From: Takakia lepidozioides
Taxonomy: Eukaryota > Plantae > Bryophyta
Assembly: GCA_030704615.1 (NCBI GenBank)
Contig: CM060732.1
Span: 9,610,001 to 9,674,000, forward strand
Direction: 5' to 3'
DNA length: 64,000 nucleotides
Shown: in pieces, positions 11,401 through 23,750 of the stretch
Layout of the letters: each line of letters opens with the position of its first letter
Position numbering within the stretch: position 1 is the first letter of the stretch
Made by a program: the position numbers and the translations under genes
The notes under the pieces: model-generated
Told to the model about the DNA's origin: nothing
What the model saw: only the letters and a program-made list of their open reading frames with translations
The model's database searches: none

Positions 11401-11903
11401 AACACCAACAGTGGTGCAAAAAGCAGCAGCGCAACCACCATAGCAGCAATCATGTAGCAAAAATGAAAACATAACAAGTTTAGGAAGTATGGAGAGCCAT
11501 GCAACAACAATGAAAACAAATGCAACCATTGCCTAAGAATGACATGCACAAGCAGCCTTCTCCAGAGCTGCCGGATTTGCACACGCATTGCAAACAATCT
11601 AAGGTTCAGTCAACTATCTAAAGTTCACTCATAAAGCAAAGCCAGGATGAAGATGCAGAAACAAAGCGAGGTAACGAAGCGAAAGCAAAAAAGAAATCGA
11701 ACAAACCGAAAGCAGAAGTGGCTTGCCTGAGAGTACTCGGCTTCAGTTGGCGCAGGTTGTGAGCAAGACACTGGAATCTCCTGCTGGAGCTTCAGTTTGG
11801 CCATGCGAGAGATTGGCCGTCGTCCGTAGTACAGAGCTTTCAACTTCCGCCGCGGTCTGGATCTGAGGTCTCTCTCAGGAGAGCCACGCCCTTCAGGCGG
11901 CAT
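5478..11903 (-). CDS. Multi-exon ParB/Srx-domain plus N4/N6 (beta-class) DNA methyltransferase-fold protein, subfamily A, ~1500 aa
   Basis: Proposed exons: ~11903-11727, ~11380-9938, 9819-9630, ~9517-9243, ~9185-9032, 8936-8722, 7828-6703, 6614-6350, 6265-6067, 5937-5478. The junctions checked are GT-AG and in phase; the first donor is probably GC and the 5' exons are less certain. ParB motif MFYVWDGNHRLLAW. MTase motifs CDMILLDIPDG, GMLLDDGGCVVV, EAYCFVK, RTRSPAFIQTLMETCSDVQGRILDLTCGTG/ASMWAG..DRHVFAFE. Confidence 0.85.
7850..8650. repeat. Intronic 95-bp tandem repeat with 190-bp higher-order period
   Basis: About 8 units of AAAATGGCTAAGTCCCTGGACGG...GGCGCCGAATTTCC...AGGGACTTAG, in two alternating variants. 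Confidence 0.95.
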
Positions 11904-12130
11904 AAGTCCCAGCCAAAAAGATCTCCTTTTTTGGGGTACATGCCTGGAATACCATGTTAAGCCAAGTATAGCATGAGATTTAGGGTACGTGTCCAGGAAG
12001 CCATGCGTCGCCAGCCCGAATAATAACCGACGGCCGTCGACATTTATTGCCCAACTGCGCAATTAAATGTCGGATGAAGCCCTCCATGTCGGAAGAAAAT
12101 CGACGAAAACAGTCCCGGAATTTCCCTCAC

Positions 12131-14250
12131 GCAGGTAATTCGGAAGCGCGCGGATGGAAATCCGGCGCCGAATTTCCATCCGCGCAGGTAGGGCGGTTCG
12201 CCAAATTTCCTTCAAGCAGGTAATTCGGATGCGCGCGGATGGAAATCCGGCGCCGAATTTCCATCCGCGCAGGTAGGGCGGTTCGCCAAATTTCCTTCAA
12301 GCAGGTAATTCGGATGCGCGCGGATGGAAATCCGGCGCCGAATTTCCATCCGCGCAGGTAGGGCGGTGCGCCAAATTTCCTTCAAGCAGGTAATTCGGAT
12401 GCGCGCGGATGGAAATCCGGCGCCGAATTTCCATCCGCGCAGGTAGGGCGGTGCGCCAAATTTCCTTCAAGCAGGTAATTCGGATGCGCGCGGATGGAAA
12501 TCCGGCGCCGAATTTCCATCCGCGCAGGTAGGGCGGTGCGCCAAATTTCCTTCAAGCAGGTAATTCGGATGCGCGCGGATGGAAATCCGGCGCCAAATTT
12601 CCATCCGCGCAGGTAGGGCGGTGCGCCAAATTTCCTTCAAGCAGGTAATTCGGATGCGCGCGGATGGAAATCCGGCGCCGAATTTCCATCCGCGCAGGTA
12701 GGGCGGTGCGCCAAATTTCCTTCAAGCAGGTAATTCGGATGCGCGCGGATGGAAATCCGGCGCCGAATTTCCATCCGCGCAGGTAGGGCGGTGCGCCAAA
12801 TTTCCTTCAAGCAGGTAATTCGGATGCGCGCGGATGGAAATCCGGCGCCGAATTTCCATCCGCGCAGGTAGGGCGGTGCGCCAATTTCCTTCAAGCAGGT
12901 AATTCGGATGCGCGCGGATGGAAATCCGGCGCCGAATTTCCATCCGCGCAGGTAGGGCGGTGCGCCAAATTTCCTTCAAGCAGGTAATTCGGATGCGCGC
13001 GGATGGAAATCCGGCGCCGAATTTCCATCCGCGCAGGTAGGGCGGTTCGCCAAATTTCCTTCAAGCAGGTAATTCGGATGCGCGCGGATGGAAATCCGGC
13101 GCCGAATTTCCATCCGCGCAGGTAGGGCGGTGCGCCAAATTTCCTTCAAGCAGGTAATTCGGATGCGCGCGGATGGAAATCCGGCGCCGAATTTCCATCC
13201 GCGCAGGTAGGGCGGTGCGCCAAATTTCCTTCAAGCAGGTAATTCGGATGCGCGCGGATGGAAATCCGGCGCCGAATTTCCATCCGCGCAGGTAGGGCGG
13301 TGCGCCAAATTTCCTTCAAGCAGGTAATTCGGATGCGCGCGGATGGAAATCCGGCGCCAAATTTCCATCCGCGCAGGTAGGGCGGTGCGCCAAATTTCCT
13401 TCAAGCAGGTAATTCGGATGCGCGCGGATGGAAATCCGGCGCCGAATTTCCATCCGCGCAGGTAGGGCGGTGCGCCAAATTTCCTTCAAGCAGGTAATTC
13501 GGATGCGCGCGGATGGAAATCCGGCGCCGAATTTCCATCCGCGCAGGTAGGGCGGTGCGCCAAATTTCCTTCAAGCAGGTAATTCGGATGCGCGCGGATG
13601 GAAATCCGGCGCCGAATTTCCATCCGCGCAGGTAGGGCGGTGCGCCAAGTTTCCTTCAAGCAGGTAATTCGGATGCGCGCGGATGGAAATCCGGCGCCGA
13701 ATTTCCATCCGCGCAGGTAGGGCGGTGCGCCAAATTTCCTTCAAGCAGGTAATTCGGATGCGCGCGGATGGAAATCCGGCGCCGAATTTCCATCCGCGCA
13801 GGTAGGGCGTGAGCCAAATTTCCTTCAAGCAGGTAATTCGGATGCGCGCGGATGGAAATCCGGCGCCGAATTTCCATCCGCGCAGGTAGGGCGGTGCGCC
13901 AAATTTCCTTCAAGCAGGTAATTCGGATGCGCGCGGATGGAAATCCGGCGCCGAATTTCCATCCGCGCAGGTAGGGCGGTGCGCCAAATTTCCTTCAAGC
14001 AGGTAATTCGGATGCGCGCGGATGGAAATCCGGCGCCGAATTTCCATCCGCGCAGGTAGGGCGGTGCGCCAAGTTTCCTTCAAGCAGGTAATTCGGATGC
14101 GCGCGGATGGAAATCCGGCGCCGAATTTCCATCCGCGCAGGAGGGCGGTGCGCCAAGTTTCCTTCGAGCAGGTAATTCGGATGCGCGCGGATGGAAATCC
14201 GGCGCCGAATTTCCATCCGCGCAGGAGGGCGGTGCGCCAAATTTCCTTCG
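12131..14250. repeat. 85-bp satellite, ~25 near-identical units, running into the gap
   Basis: Unit CAAGCAGGTAATTCGGATGCGCGCGGATGGAAATCCGGCGCCGAATTTCCATCCGCGCAGGTAGGGCGGTGCGCCAAATTTCCTT. Confidence 0.98.
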
Positions 14251-14750
14251 NNNNNNNNNNNNNNNNNNNNNNNNNNNNNNNNNNNNNNNNNNNNNNNNNN
14301 NNNNNNNNNNNNNNNNNNNNNNNNNNNNNNNNNNNNNNNNNNNNNNNNNNNNNNNNNNNNNNNNNNNNNNNNNNNNNNNNNNNNNNNNNNNNNNNNNNNN
14401 NNNNNNNNNNNNNNNNNNNNNNNNNNNNNNNNNNNNNNNNNNNNNNNNNNNNNNNNNNNNNNNNNNNNNNNNNNNNNNNNNNNNNNNNNNNNNNNNNNNN
14501 NNNNNNNNNNNNNNNNNNNNNNNNNNNNNNNNNNNNNNNNNNNNNNNNNNNNNNNNNNNNNNNNNNNNNNNNNNNNNNNNNNNNNNNNNNNNNNNNNNNN
14601 NNNNNNNNNNNNNNNNNNNNNNNNNNNNNNNNNNNNNNNNNNNNNNNNNNNNNNNNNNNNNNNNNNNNNNNNNNNNNNNNNNNNNNNNNNNNNNNNNNNN
14701 NNNNNNNNNNNNNNNNNNNNNNNNNNNNNNNNNNNNNNNNNNNNNNNNNN
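14251..14750. other. Assembly gap
   Basis: 500 N. Confidence 1.
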
Positions 14751-15058
14751 TGACGGGCTGTGTGGGCTGTGTGGGCTGTGACGACTGTGACGGCTGTGTG
14801 GGCTGTGACGACTGTGACGGGTGTGTGGGCTGTGACGACTGTGACGAGCTGTGTTGGCTGTGTGGGTTGTGACGACTGTGACGGGCTGTATTGGCTGTGT
14901 GGGCTGTGACTGCTGTGTGGGCTGTGTGGGCTATGTAACCCGCCTCTACAGTGCGCTGCTGTCACCCCTAAGGTTCCTGTTTGTCTCAGTCTGTGCAAAA
15001 ATTAAGGGCACCCTACAGATCCCGTATAAGTGTCTAAGTCCCCTACAGTCCTCTAACA
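14751..15058 (-). repeat. 3' LTR of copy 2 (partial, cut by the gap)
   Basis: Matches ~35370-35655. Ends ...CCTCTAACA on the plus strand. Confidence 0.93.
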
Positions 15059-15060
15059 TT

Positions 15061-15075
15061 ACCCCTTCCCCCCTC
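15061..15075 (-). promoter_or_regulatory. Polypurine tract
   Basis: GAGGGGGGAAGGGGT on the minus strand, immediately before the 3' LTR. Confidence 0.9.
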
Positions 15076-15096
15076 AAAAAGCCGTGTCCTCACGGT

Positions 15097-18000
15097 TTAC
15101 TGTTTCCGAGTAGCAACCCTTTGTGAGTGAGCACCTTGTTGACGTTGAGAGTTTCGTGGTGGGCTGTGTGTACGAGCCCGAGGTCTGTCTCTGGTTGATG
15201 GAGATGGTTGATCACTACCTGGGTAAGTGAGGCCTTCTGGAGGTTGATATCGAGGTAATCTTTCCGGCATAGGAGATCCCCTTTGTTTCTTCTCTTCCAT
15301 CTGAATTGCATAGTCTTCTCCCATGTCAAAAGAATTTTGTGAAGAAACAGTTGTATCAGAATCCTCATCGCCTCTCAGGTGTTTTAATTTTCGAACTTTT
15401 TGTGAATCATCTGGGGCATACAATGCTGTCCTACCATGTCTGGAAGTTTGCATTTTACAACCTGGTGTAACCGTTGAACAGCAAAATTGGTGTAGACACT
15501 GAGCTCCTTGTCTGTCCAGATGAGTGGGGTACCAATTACTGGTGCCGCGTGCAAGTATTTCCATGCGATATGTCCCTTATAGAAAATGTCATCAAGTCCG
15601 AATTTCTGTGTTGACAATTGTTGCAGGCTGCTTGAAACCATGAACGAATTTGAGAATCCTTTTGTATCATAACTTTTGGGTCATATAGGTACATATGAGG
15701 TGGCACCGAAGGTAATACCCAATGATCTCCACTGGAGTAACTTTGAAAGCGTGCTTGCATCTTTTGTTGCTCTATGTGGTAACGTATCAGGAAACAAGCA
15801 GCGTAGTATAGCCCGCACCCCATGACAATACTTGCTATCTCCTTGGTCTTGGTATAAATGAGTCCATGTACAACCTGGAAAGCAACCAATTCCCTCAACA
15901 TGGTACCTGCCTCGTGCCAGTATTGTGCAAAGTGATGATCTTCAATATGTCGATTGTTTGGAAGAACTTTAGTCCTGGTTGCCACTGGCAGCCAGATACG
16001 CATGATTTGGTAGTAATGTGCGAATGACTGCGGAGGACTAAATTCTTTCCAAGCCAAATCCAACATGATGGGAATTTGGTTGAAGGGCATAATCATAGCC
16101 CTACTGTACTCCCTGGCAGCTAGAGTTTTAGGTGGGTTAAAAGCTGCATTGCCCCATACCTCCGGCTGTGGTGGCTGTGGTGTGGTTGTAGTAACCACAG
16201 GTTCAGCTACTGGTACACTGACCTGTTGTGGTGGTGGTGGTACTGGTTCCTGTACCATTGGCATCTCCTGCACCTCCTGTGAAGACTGAAAAGCCAGAGT
16301 TCTGGCTTGCAAATAAAAGCCATTAGCTGTTCCTGAGGGATATAGACTCTTTGGTCGATGTTTGAAGTGAGGTCTTCCACTTGAGTCTGGAGTCCGTCTA
16401 CATCCTCTTGTAACTCTGCTATCCTACTATAGACATTGTCTATAGTAGTTGTGGCAATGTTCTGCACCTGCAGTCTGAGCTCATTCATCTCGCTTTGGGT
16501 GAGCTTCCGTGGGCTTTTGCCCTCTACTGGCCCTTGTGCTAACCAGACCTGCATAAGGCTGTTATCCACCAAGCTGCTTGTGGTTCCCCTGAGAGTTTGC
16601 TCCTCTCTTAGCTTATACAATTCCAACTGCTATTGTAAAGCCTTCATGCGCTTCGCCTGTGGCTCAACCAATTGCGCATAGGCAGCAAGTAGATTATTGG
16701 CTTCTTTCGAAGCCTTGTTACTGACCGCGATTTCATTTCTATTGGCCACGATGGTTTGTTGCAACTCCACGATGTATTTCTCATTCTCAGCTTCCATCTG
16801 CCTGTATTGCTTGAAAGTATCTTCATTGCGACAGATTGTATTCTTCATATCGACAATGAGCTTCATGTGCTCCACATTCTCTTCTTCTGCCTTCGTACAT
16901 TTTTCCGCTTGACTGTTTATTTCTTTTGTTGATTGGTCAAGCATAGTTGTAAATGTAGCGCATTGTATCTCCATCCTGTTATGCACTGTCTGCAACTCCG
17001 TATGTAGTGCATTCAGTTCTTGCAACTTGCTTTCATGCTGCACCTGCATTTGGTATAGCTGTTGCTTATGTGCTTCGTGCAACTGGTCTTGCGCAAGGCC
17101 TGCCTCAATCAATTGTTGCTTGGCCAATTGCAAAGCCATTTCTGTATTGGCCAAGTCCTGCTTCATCTTGAGAGTGACCTCTTCATCGACCTTGTTTGAA
17201 CACTCAGTGGCAAGTCGAGCCTCAAACTCCTTCCTGAGTTCTTCTTTCAAGGCTGTCAATTGGGTAATTGGAACATGGGTTTTGACATAAGTCCCCAACA
17301 AATTAAGTGTCCTGCCTATGGAATTCATCAGCATTGCCTGTTGAGGGTCATCATGGTGAGGTTGCTGCTGTTCCTCCCGATCTTCAACAGTATGATGTCT
17401 CACTAACCATTCAGACCATTGTCCCACCGGATTTTCTTCCTGAACTACTTCATTATGACCGGTGCTACAGTGTCATGGCCTTCCGCCTGTGGTACCTCCG
17501 ACACAGGTGTGTGCATTATATGTACCTCAGGATTTTTCTTGGGCAACTGTTGCACCTCTGGGATTTCTGTCTGCTTGACCAGACCAGAATATTCATAGAG
17601 AAGGTCCCCTTTCTCTATTTCCGCCACTATCTGTTCTGTAGTTGGAATATCTATCCCTTCACTTTCCAAATCTATTATTTCGGGTTGAGCTGCATGGATA
17701 ACTTGTGACCTTGTGACAAGTCGTTCAAGTGGCTGTGTTGGTTGTGATGCAGAAGTAACTTCTTCCTCCCTCTCTGAAGGTCCTGCTTCCAGTAATAACA
17801 TTCTTTTGTGCTGCTGTGCCCCTCCCTGGTCATGAGCTTGGGAAACATTATCATGCGGAATCCGTGAAGCCAGTGGATCCGCCACTACAGTCTTTCCCTT
17901 CTCTGCCTCTTAGTCTCGGGTTGTGCTGCTAGTCCACCCTCACTGTGTGAAGAGCCTTGCTCTTCCATTGCAGTTGTTTCTGGCTCAAACACTCCCATTT

Positions 18001-18644
18001 CCTTCCTTTCTTGTGCATTAAGTATGCCAGAACTAAGGATTATTTGAGCAATGATTGGGCCAGACACTATGATAGGAGATTTTGCGGTAGTACCTTGTAA
18101 TCTTTTCATCTCCTCTACCAGTGCGTTGTACATTATGTCCGCCCATGGTACCTCTTGTCCCTTCAAGCCTTTGAGGATTTCCTCTGTGAAGGATCTGCTC
18201 AAATATTGTTTGGTTCTGTTTCAGGGCAATCAGAACGTTCAATACTTGGCCTATGTCTTTTAACCCTGGGTACACAGCTTTGGTACAAGCATAACCCTGA
18301 GTTTTAAAGAAACTCCCTTCTTGGAATAAATCCCCTATTTGCAGTCTTTCTCTGTGTTCCTCCACATACACATGACCTTCTGGCAATCGAAACAATTGCT
18401 GGAGGTATAGGGGAGTAATCATTAATTCAACTCCCTTCACCGTTGTTGTTCCTGTCTTTGGCTCAAAGTTCTGCAAAAATTGTAACATGTACTGTCTATG
18501 GTGTAGTGTCCAATCCATGCTTTGCAATCCTTCCAATCTCAGCTCTCTCAGTATCTTTATCGCCTGTGGGGTAGCCATCGTTTGTTTCTGCAGAATTGTG
18601 GTGCTCTTCACCCTGATTTCCTCCATTCCTCTCACTCTCTTCAT
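15097..18644 (-). pseudogene. Extra 3' ORF of the retrotransposon (~1150-1200 codons, broken): plant-transposon-protein-like N-terminus plus long coiled coil
   Basis: Abutting same-strand ORFs joined by single stops or frameshifts. YMLQFLQNF..TTVKGVELMITPLYLQQLFRLP and VPWADIMYNALVEEM..GPIIAQII resemble the extra ORFs of Athila/SIRE-type elements. Q/E/K/L heptad-rich segment at 16207-17427. Confidence 0.65.
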
Positions 18645-19329
18645 CTTAGACTCACAGAACTGCTTTGGCTGTAACAACTGCAGGAATGCCTGTAGTGCAC
18701 AAAGCAGAAACGTATGGTTGCCGCAGAAAGCTATGGGTAATCTCTTGTAAGCCTGCGGGGCTTGCAAGCATTGTTCAAGAGAAAAGCTCTGCTCTTTCGT
18801 TTCGTGTCTCTGCCATTGCGTAAATAATATTGCGAGCGTATAGTCTGTTAGTTCCTCCATAGTTTCCAAGTTATAGCATTTATGGCATGTCCTGTCGAGA
18901 CGCCCGTTACTCAGAACGACGCCGCCTCTTGCGCTTAATTTCCCTCCATTTTCTTGATCATTTCTTTGGTTTTCTATTGGCTGTATCCGCTGTGACTGGA
19001 TTTTAACTTTTATCTTCTTTAGTGGACTTTCCCTGTTGGATAGTCCACTAGGATCACACATGCGACATGAATTCAGTTTTCTGTACTTGCCGTTCGTTCT
19101 GTTTCCCTTTTTCCGTATTCATTAATGGGCCCGCCTTTCATCCTTTTGACGGCCGTTCTTGTCCTCTTTCTTTTTGACACCTGTCCTTGCACTTCATTCT
19201 CTGCTGTGTGTCGCACCCTGACCTCCACGTGTCTATTTTTAAATTAATTTCCGTTTCTTCTTCCTTCAGCCATTTTCCTGAAGTTTTTATGTGTCCACTT
19301 GTCACTGATTCTATGGATCGTGTAACTTT

Positions 19330-19845
19330 AGTAGGCTGTGTTGAGCTGTGACAGGCTGTGTCATACTGTGTTACGCTGTGATAGGCTGTGTTGCCCTGGG
19401 TAAGCTGTGATAGGCTGTGACACGCTGCGGTAGGTTGTGATAGGCTGTGTCACGTCGTGACGGGCTGTGATAGGCTGTGTCACGCCGTGATGGGCTGTGA
19501 TAGGCTGTGTCACGCCGTGATGGGCTGTGATAGGCTGTATGACGCCGTGATGGGCTGTGATAGGCTGTGTTGCGCCTTGCTGGGCTGTGATAGGCTGTGT
19601 CACGCCGTGTTGGGCTGTGATAGGCTGTGTTGCGCCTTGCTGGGCTGTGATAGGCTGTGTCACGCCGTTGGGCTGTGATAGGCTGTGTCACGCCGTGTTG
19701 GGCTGTGATAGGCTGTGTTGCGCCTTGCTGGGGCTGTGATAGGCTGTGTCACGCCGTGTTGGGCTGTGATAGGCTGTGTCACGCCGTGATGGGCTGTGAT
19801 AGGCTGTATCACGCCGTGATGGGCTGTGATAGGCTGTGTCACGTT
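19330..19845. repeat. 30-bp minisatellite between pol and the 3' ORF
   Basis: Unit approximately GGGCTGTGATAGGCTGTGTCACGCCGTGAT. A shorter version lies at ~51585-51835. Confidence 0.95.
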
Positions 19846-19959
19846 TGTTTTGCCCACCCCGGTCATATATACTGGGCCTAGCGACAAGTGTTCCATACTC
19901 TGTTCGTAACACTGGTGCAGCCCGTGACTGCTCTTGCGGTTCAACATGCAAATCATGCT

Positions 19960-22900
19960 GCAGGGGTTTGTCATGGATACCACTGTACCCCTTCAACTTA
20001 TTTACATTGACTCTTCCCAGCATTTCTTTGTTAATGGTTTGTAACATGGCTGTGTTGTTATCATACATCTTTTGGATGACATAAGGTCCTTTCCATGGTG
20101 ATTTAAGCTTAGAAGCTTGAATCTTTCCTTTCTTCTGCAACCATAGAACCAAATCCCCCGTCTTAAAAGTCTTTAATTTGCCTTCATCAAACTGTTCCTT
20201 TCGCTTCATCTGAATTCTGGTCATATTATCGGCTGCATCAGCACGTACTTCTTCCACATGGTATAATTCATGTTTCCTGACCTTGATGGAGTCTTGCAAT
20301 TCCATTCTTTTTCCCCACTCCCGTTCTCATGGTAGGTAACAGGAATTCCACTGGAAGTAAGGCTTCCATACCATAAACTAATTGGAATGGTGTATACTTT
20401 GTGGTGACTTTATACGAAGTCCTGTATGACCATAAAGCTGTCAGCAGCTTTGTATCCCAATCCGTTCTGTTTGCATTGACTATCTTAGCCAAGATAGTAC
20501 ATAGTATTTTGTTGGTAGCCTCTGCCTGTCCATTACCCTGTGGGTAATATGTTGTACTCTTTCTATGCACAATCATAAACTCTTTAGTCAATAACTCAAT
20601 GGTCTCATTCATGAAGTGACTTCCTTGATCACTGATAAATTCTAAGGGACATCCAAATCGTGTAAGTATGTTCTCGTACAGGAACCTTGCTGTGGACTTG
20701 GCTGTGTTGTCCCTCAAAGCTTTAGCTTCCACCCACTTTGTAGTATAATCAGTGGCTGTAATTATGTACCTGTTTTGTGTATTCTTGGATGGTGGATTAA
20801 TTGGTCCAACAAAGTCTAGTCCCCATTTCTGAAATGGTTCCGTAGGCATTGTAGGATGCAAGGCCATTCTTCCAGATCTCTGCAAAGGTCCTAGCCTCTG
20901 ACATTCATCACACTTCTGACAATACTCATGTACATCTTTGAACAAAGTAGGCCACCAGTATCCTGCGAGTAGTATCTTTCTACTGGTAGTCTCTTCTCCA
21001 AAATGACCTCCAGCCACTCCTTTATGAACTTCCTCCAAGACTTTATTTACTTCATGGTGGTACAAGCATCGTTTTAGTACTCCGTCAGGTCCTAACTTAT
21101 ACATTCTGCTTCCTACCATAGTATAAAGTAAAGCTCTGATAGCAATTCTCTTCCTCTGCTCCTTACCATAACTAGGTGGGCACTGACCATGAACAAGGTA
21201 GTATCTGATTGGCCACTGCCAATCTAACCATTCATCTGCACTTCCTTGCACCTCCATTACAAATAAACTCGCATCAGGTAACTGATCGTCCACTCCTGTG
21301 GCGGCCTCTCCTGTTGTTAGTCGAAACAAATGATCTGCCACAAGATGCAAACGGCCAGGCTTGTAAATAACCTCGAACTCAAACTCATGCAAGATTATTA
21401 ACCACCTCGCTATCCTTCCACTTATCAAAGGTTTGTTCACCAGATATATCAGAGCCTGGTGATCCACATAAAAACATAAACTTTCTTCCCAATAGGTAAT
21501 GCCTGAATTTCTTCACTGCATAGATCATTGCCAATGCTTCTCTTTCCGTTGTGCTATAGTTCCTCTCAGCACTGTTCATCAACCGGCTAGCATAGTACAC
21601 AGGTGAATCTATATTCCCTGTAACATTCTGGGCTAACACCGCTCCCAACGCTTCTCCTGATGCATCGCAGTGAACATGAAATACTACATGCCAGTGAGGG
21701 TTAATCAGCACAGGTGTAGTTGTTACTGACAGTGTAAGTTCCTCAAACGCCTGTTGACATTCAGCTGTCCATGCAAACACTGCATCTTTCTTCAGAAGCT
21801 TGCTCAATGGTGCTGCTATTTGTGCATACCTTTTGACAAATCTTCTGTAATAACTGGTTTGCCCAAGGAATCTCCTTAAACTCTTAACATTCACTGGTGG
21901 TGGAGAGGCTTTAATGGACTCTGTCTTCCTGGGATCCACAAGGAGTCCCTTCTTACACACAATGTGTCCCAGAAGCACCCCTGAGTTCACACAGAAAGTA
22001 CACTTCTCTGGGTTCAAGCCCAGACCTCTCATCCTGCATCTGGCCAGGCATAACTCCAATTATGCAAGTGCTCATTCTTAGAGCTGTACACACTGAAATC
22101 ATCCAAAAACACCTGCATGAAATCATCCAGATACTCTTGAAAAGATTCACTTATCACTCTCTGAAAGGTCGCTGGTGCATTACAAAGCCCAAAGGGCATG
22201 ACTTTGTATGCATAAGCCCCCAGTCTGTGATGAAAGTTGTTTTCCCTTGGTCTTCTTCTGCCACTTGCACTTGATTATAACCACTGAAGCCATCCATGAA
22301 TGAGTACATCTCATGGCCTGCCACAGTGTCTAATACTGCTTCTGTGAATGGCAAAGGGAAAGGATCTTTCTTCGTACAAGCATTCAGCTTCTTATAGTTC
22401 ACACATACTCTTAGTTTGCCATTCTTCTTGGGAACTATAACAATGGGTGACAACCAAGTTGTATACTCTATTGGGTATATAAACTTAGCCTCAGCCAACT
22501 TCTTTATCTCTTCTCCAACCTTCTGTGCGTAGTTGGGATTCATTCTATACCTCGCCTGTTTGATTGGTACTGACCCTGGTTCCAGTTCAATTTTATGCTG
22601 ACAGACTTCAGGTGGTATCCCTTTTAGATCCTCATAGCTCCACGCAAATACATCTCTGTATTTGATGAACAAGCTTTTTGCTTCTTCGAAGAATTCCGGC
22701 TCCAAATCAGCTCCTACTTTCACCATCCTCGGTTCCTCCTGAGTTCCCACATTTACTTCTCTCACCTGCTCATCAGCTGTGATTGTCTAACCGGTCACCA
22801 CTTCATCCTGTAAACTCACAGTGGCTGGTTCTTCTAGGATTTCTATTTCTCCTTCTCTTTCTTCATAGAAATGTGATGGGTAAATGCTGGTTTTCTTCTT

Positions 22901-23750
22901 CTTCAGTTGGTGTTGCTGTCACTACACCACAGCAGATACCTCTCAAACAACTTAGGCTTTCCAGCCGCATCTCTGCAACCTGCTCCCATTCTGGGTGTGC
23001 AGCAAATAGGGTAGCTTCCTGCTCCTCATCCAGTCCTCCCTTCCAGTCATACTCTCTGACTCCTCGAGGTCTTCTTGTCGCAGGTAATCTACTAGATTTC
23101 TTTGTGGTAATTTGTATCTCGTGCATCCCATTATGCACAGTTAGTAACTGAGAATTCCAGTCATGGAATACCCTTGCCTGTTTCAGCCACGGACGTCCCA
23201 ATAATAAGGAGTAAGCCTCCATGACTTCATCCATTTTTAATACAGTTACTGTGATCATAAAGATCATTTTCTGTATCTGTATCTTAACTCCTCTTATTAA
23301 TCCCAATGGCTGTACACTTCTTTGATCTGCCATTGTTACTGTAAATGGGGCTGGTTTCATGTTACTTAGACCAAGCTTCTTCCTTAATTGGTCTGTCATG
23401 ATATTTACTCCAGAACCACCATCTATCAGTACATCAGTTAGTTCTGTGCTTCCAATTCTCAATTGGATTACTGGCATAGAATCATCAAAGTCCATGACTG
23501 GTTCTCGCCCTTCCGGCTTCACATTATAACTGGTCACCTTGCTGTTCAGGTCTGTGTTTCCTGTCTCTTGGGCAATTCGATTGATTGCCTGATACAGCCT
23601 GTGCCTACAATAAGGTGTCACAGCTAATAGCTGTCCAATGGTAATTTCTGCTTTGGTCTGACATATTACTTCAGCCAAAGTCTCTTCATTACTTTGCATG
23701 TCTGCATCTTCTTTTTTCCTTTCTTCCTCACTCCCCTCTTTTTTCTCCAT
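19960..23750 (-). pseudogene. pol: pol: protease, reverse transcriptase, RNase H, integrase (frameshifted)
   Basis: PR VLIDGGSGVNIM. RT PKKNGKLRVCVNYKKLN, YSFMDGFSGYNQV. RH HCDAS..YYASR..ERNYSTTEREALAM. INT H..GGH..CDECQ, WGLDFVGP, SDQGSHF, QGNGQAE, WKGPY. Confidence 0.95.

Larger units (their letters stand above)
5257..14250. mobile_element. Mutator-like element A1 carrying the ParB-MTase gene (other end lost in the gap)
   Basis: Begins GGGGGCTGCTATTTCATGAGC with CATGAGC subterminal repeats. The first ~170 bp are the reverse complement of 32140-32317, the end of the TSD-flanked element A2. Confidence 0.85.

Noticed and set aside
5478-11903. Bacterial or phage contamination as the source of the ParB-MTase
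   Set aside because: Multiple in-phase spliceosomal introns are conserved between two copies, and the gene is embedded among plant retrotransposons.
13910-14998. ORFs spanning N runs (also 47625-48311)
   Set aside because: Artefacts of assembly gaps.
15097-18644. Retroviral env gene
   Set aside because: No signal peptide or clear transmembrane helix is visible in the fragments.
19361-19881. TQPITA / CDRLCH repeat proteins (also 51165-52006 and ORFs within LTRs)
   Set aside because: Translations of the 30-bp minisatellite and LTR simple repeats.
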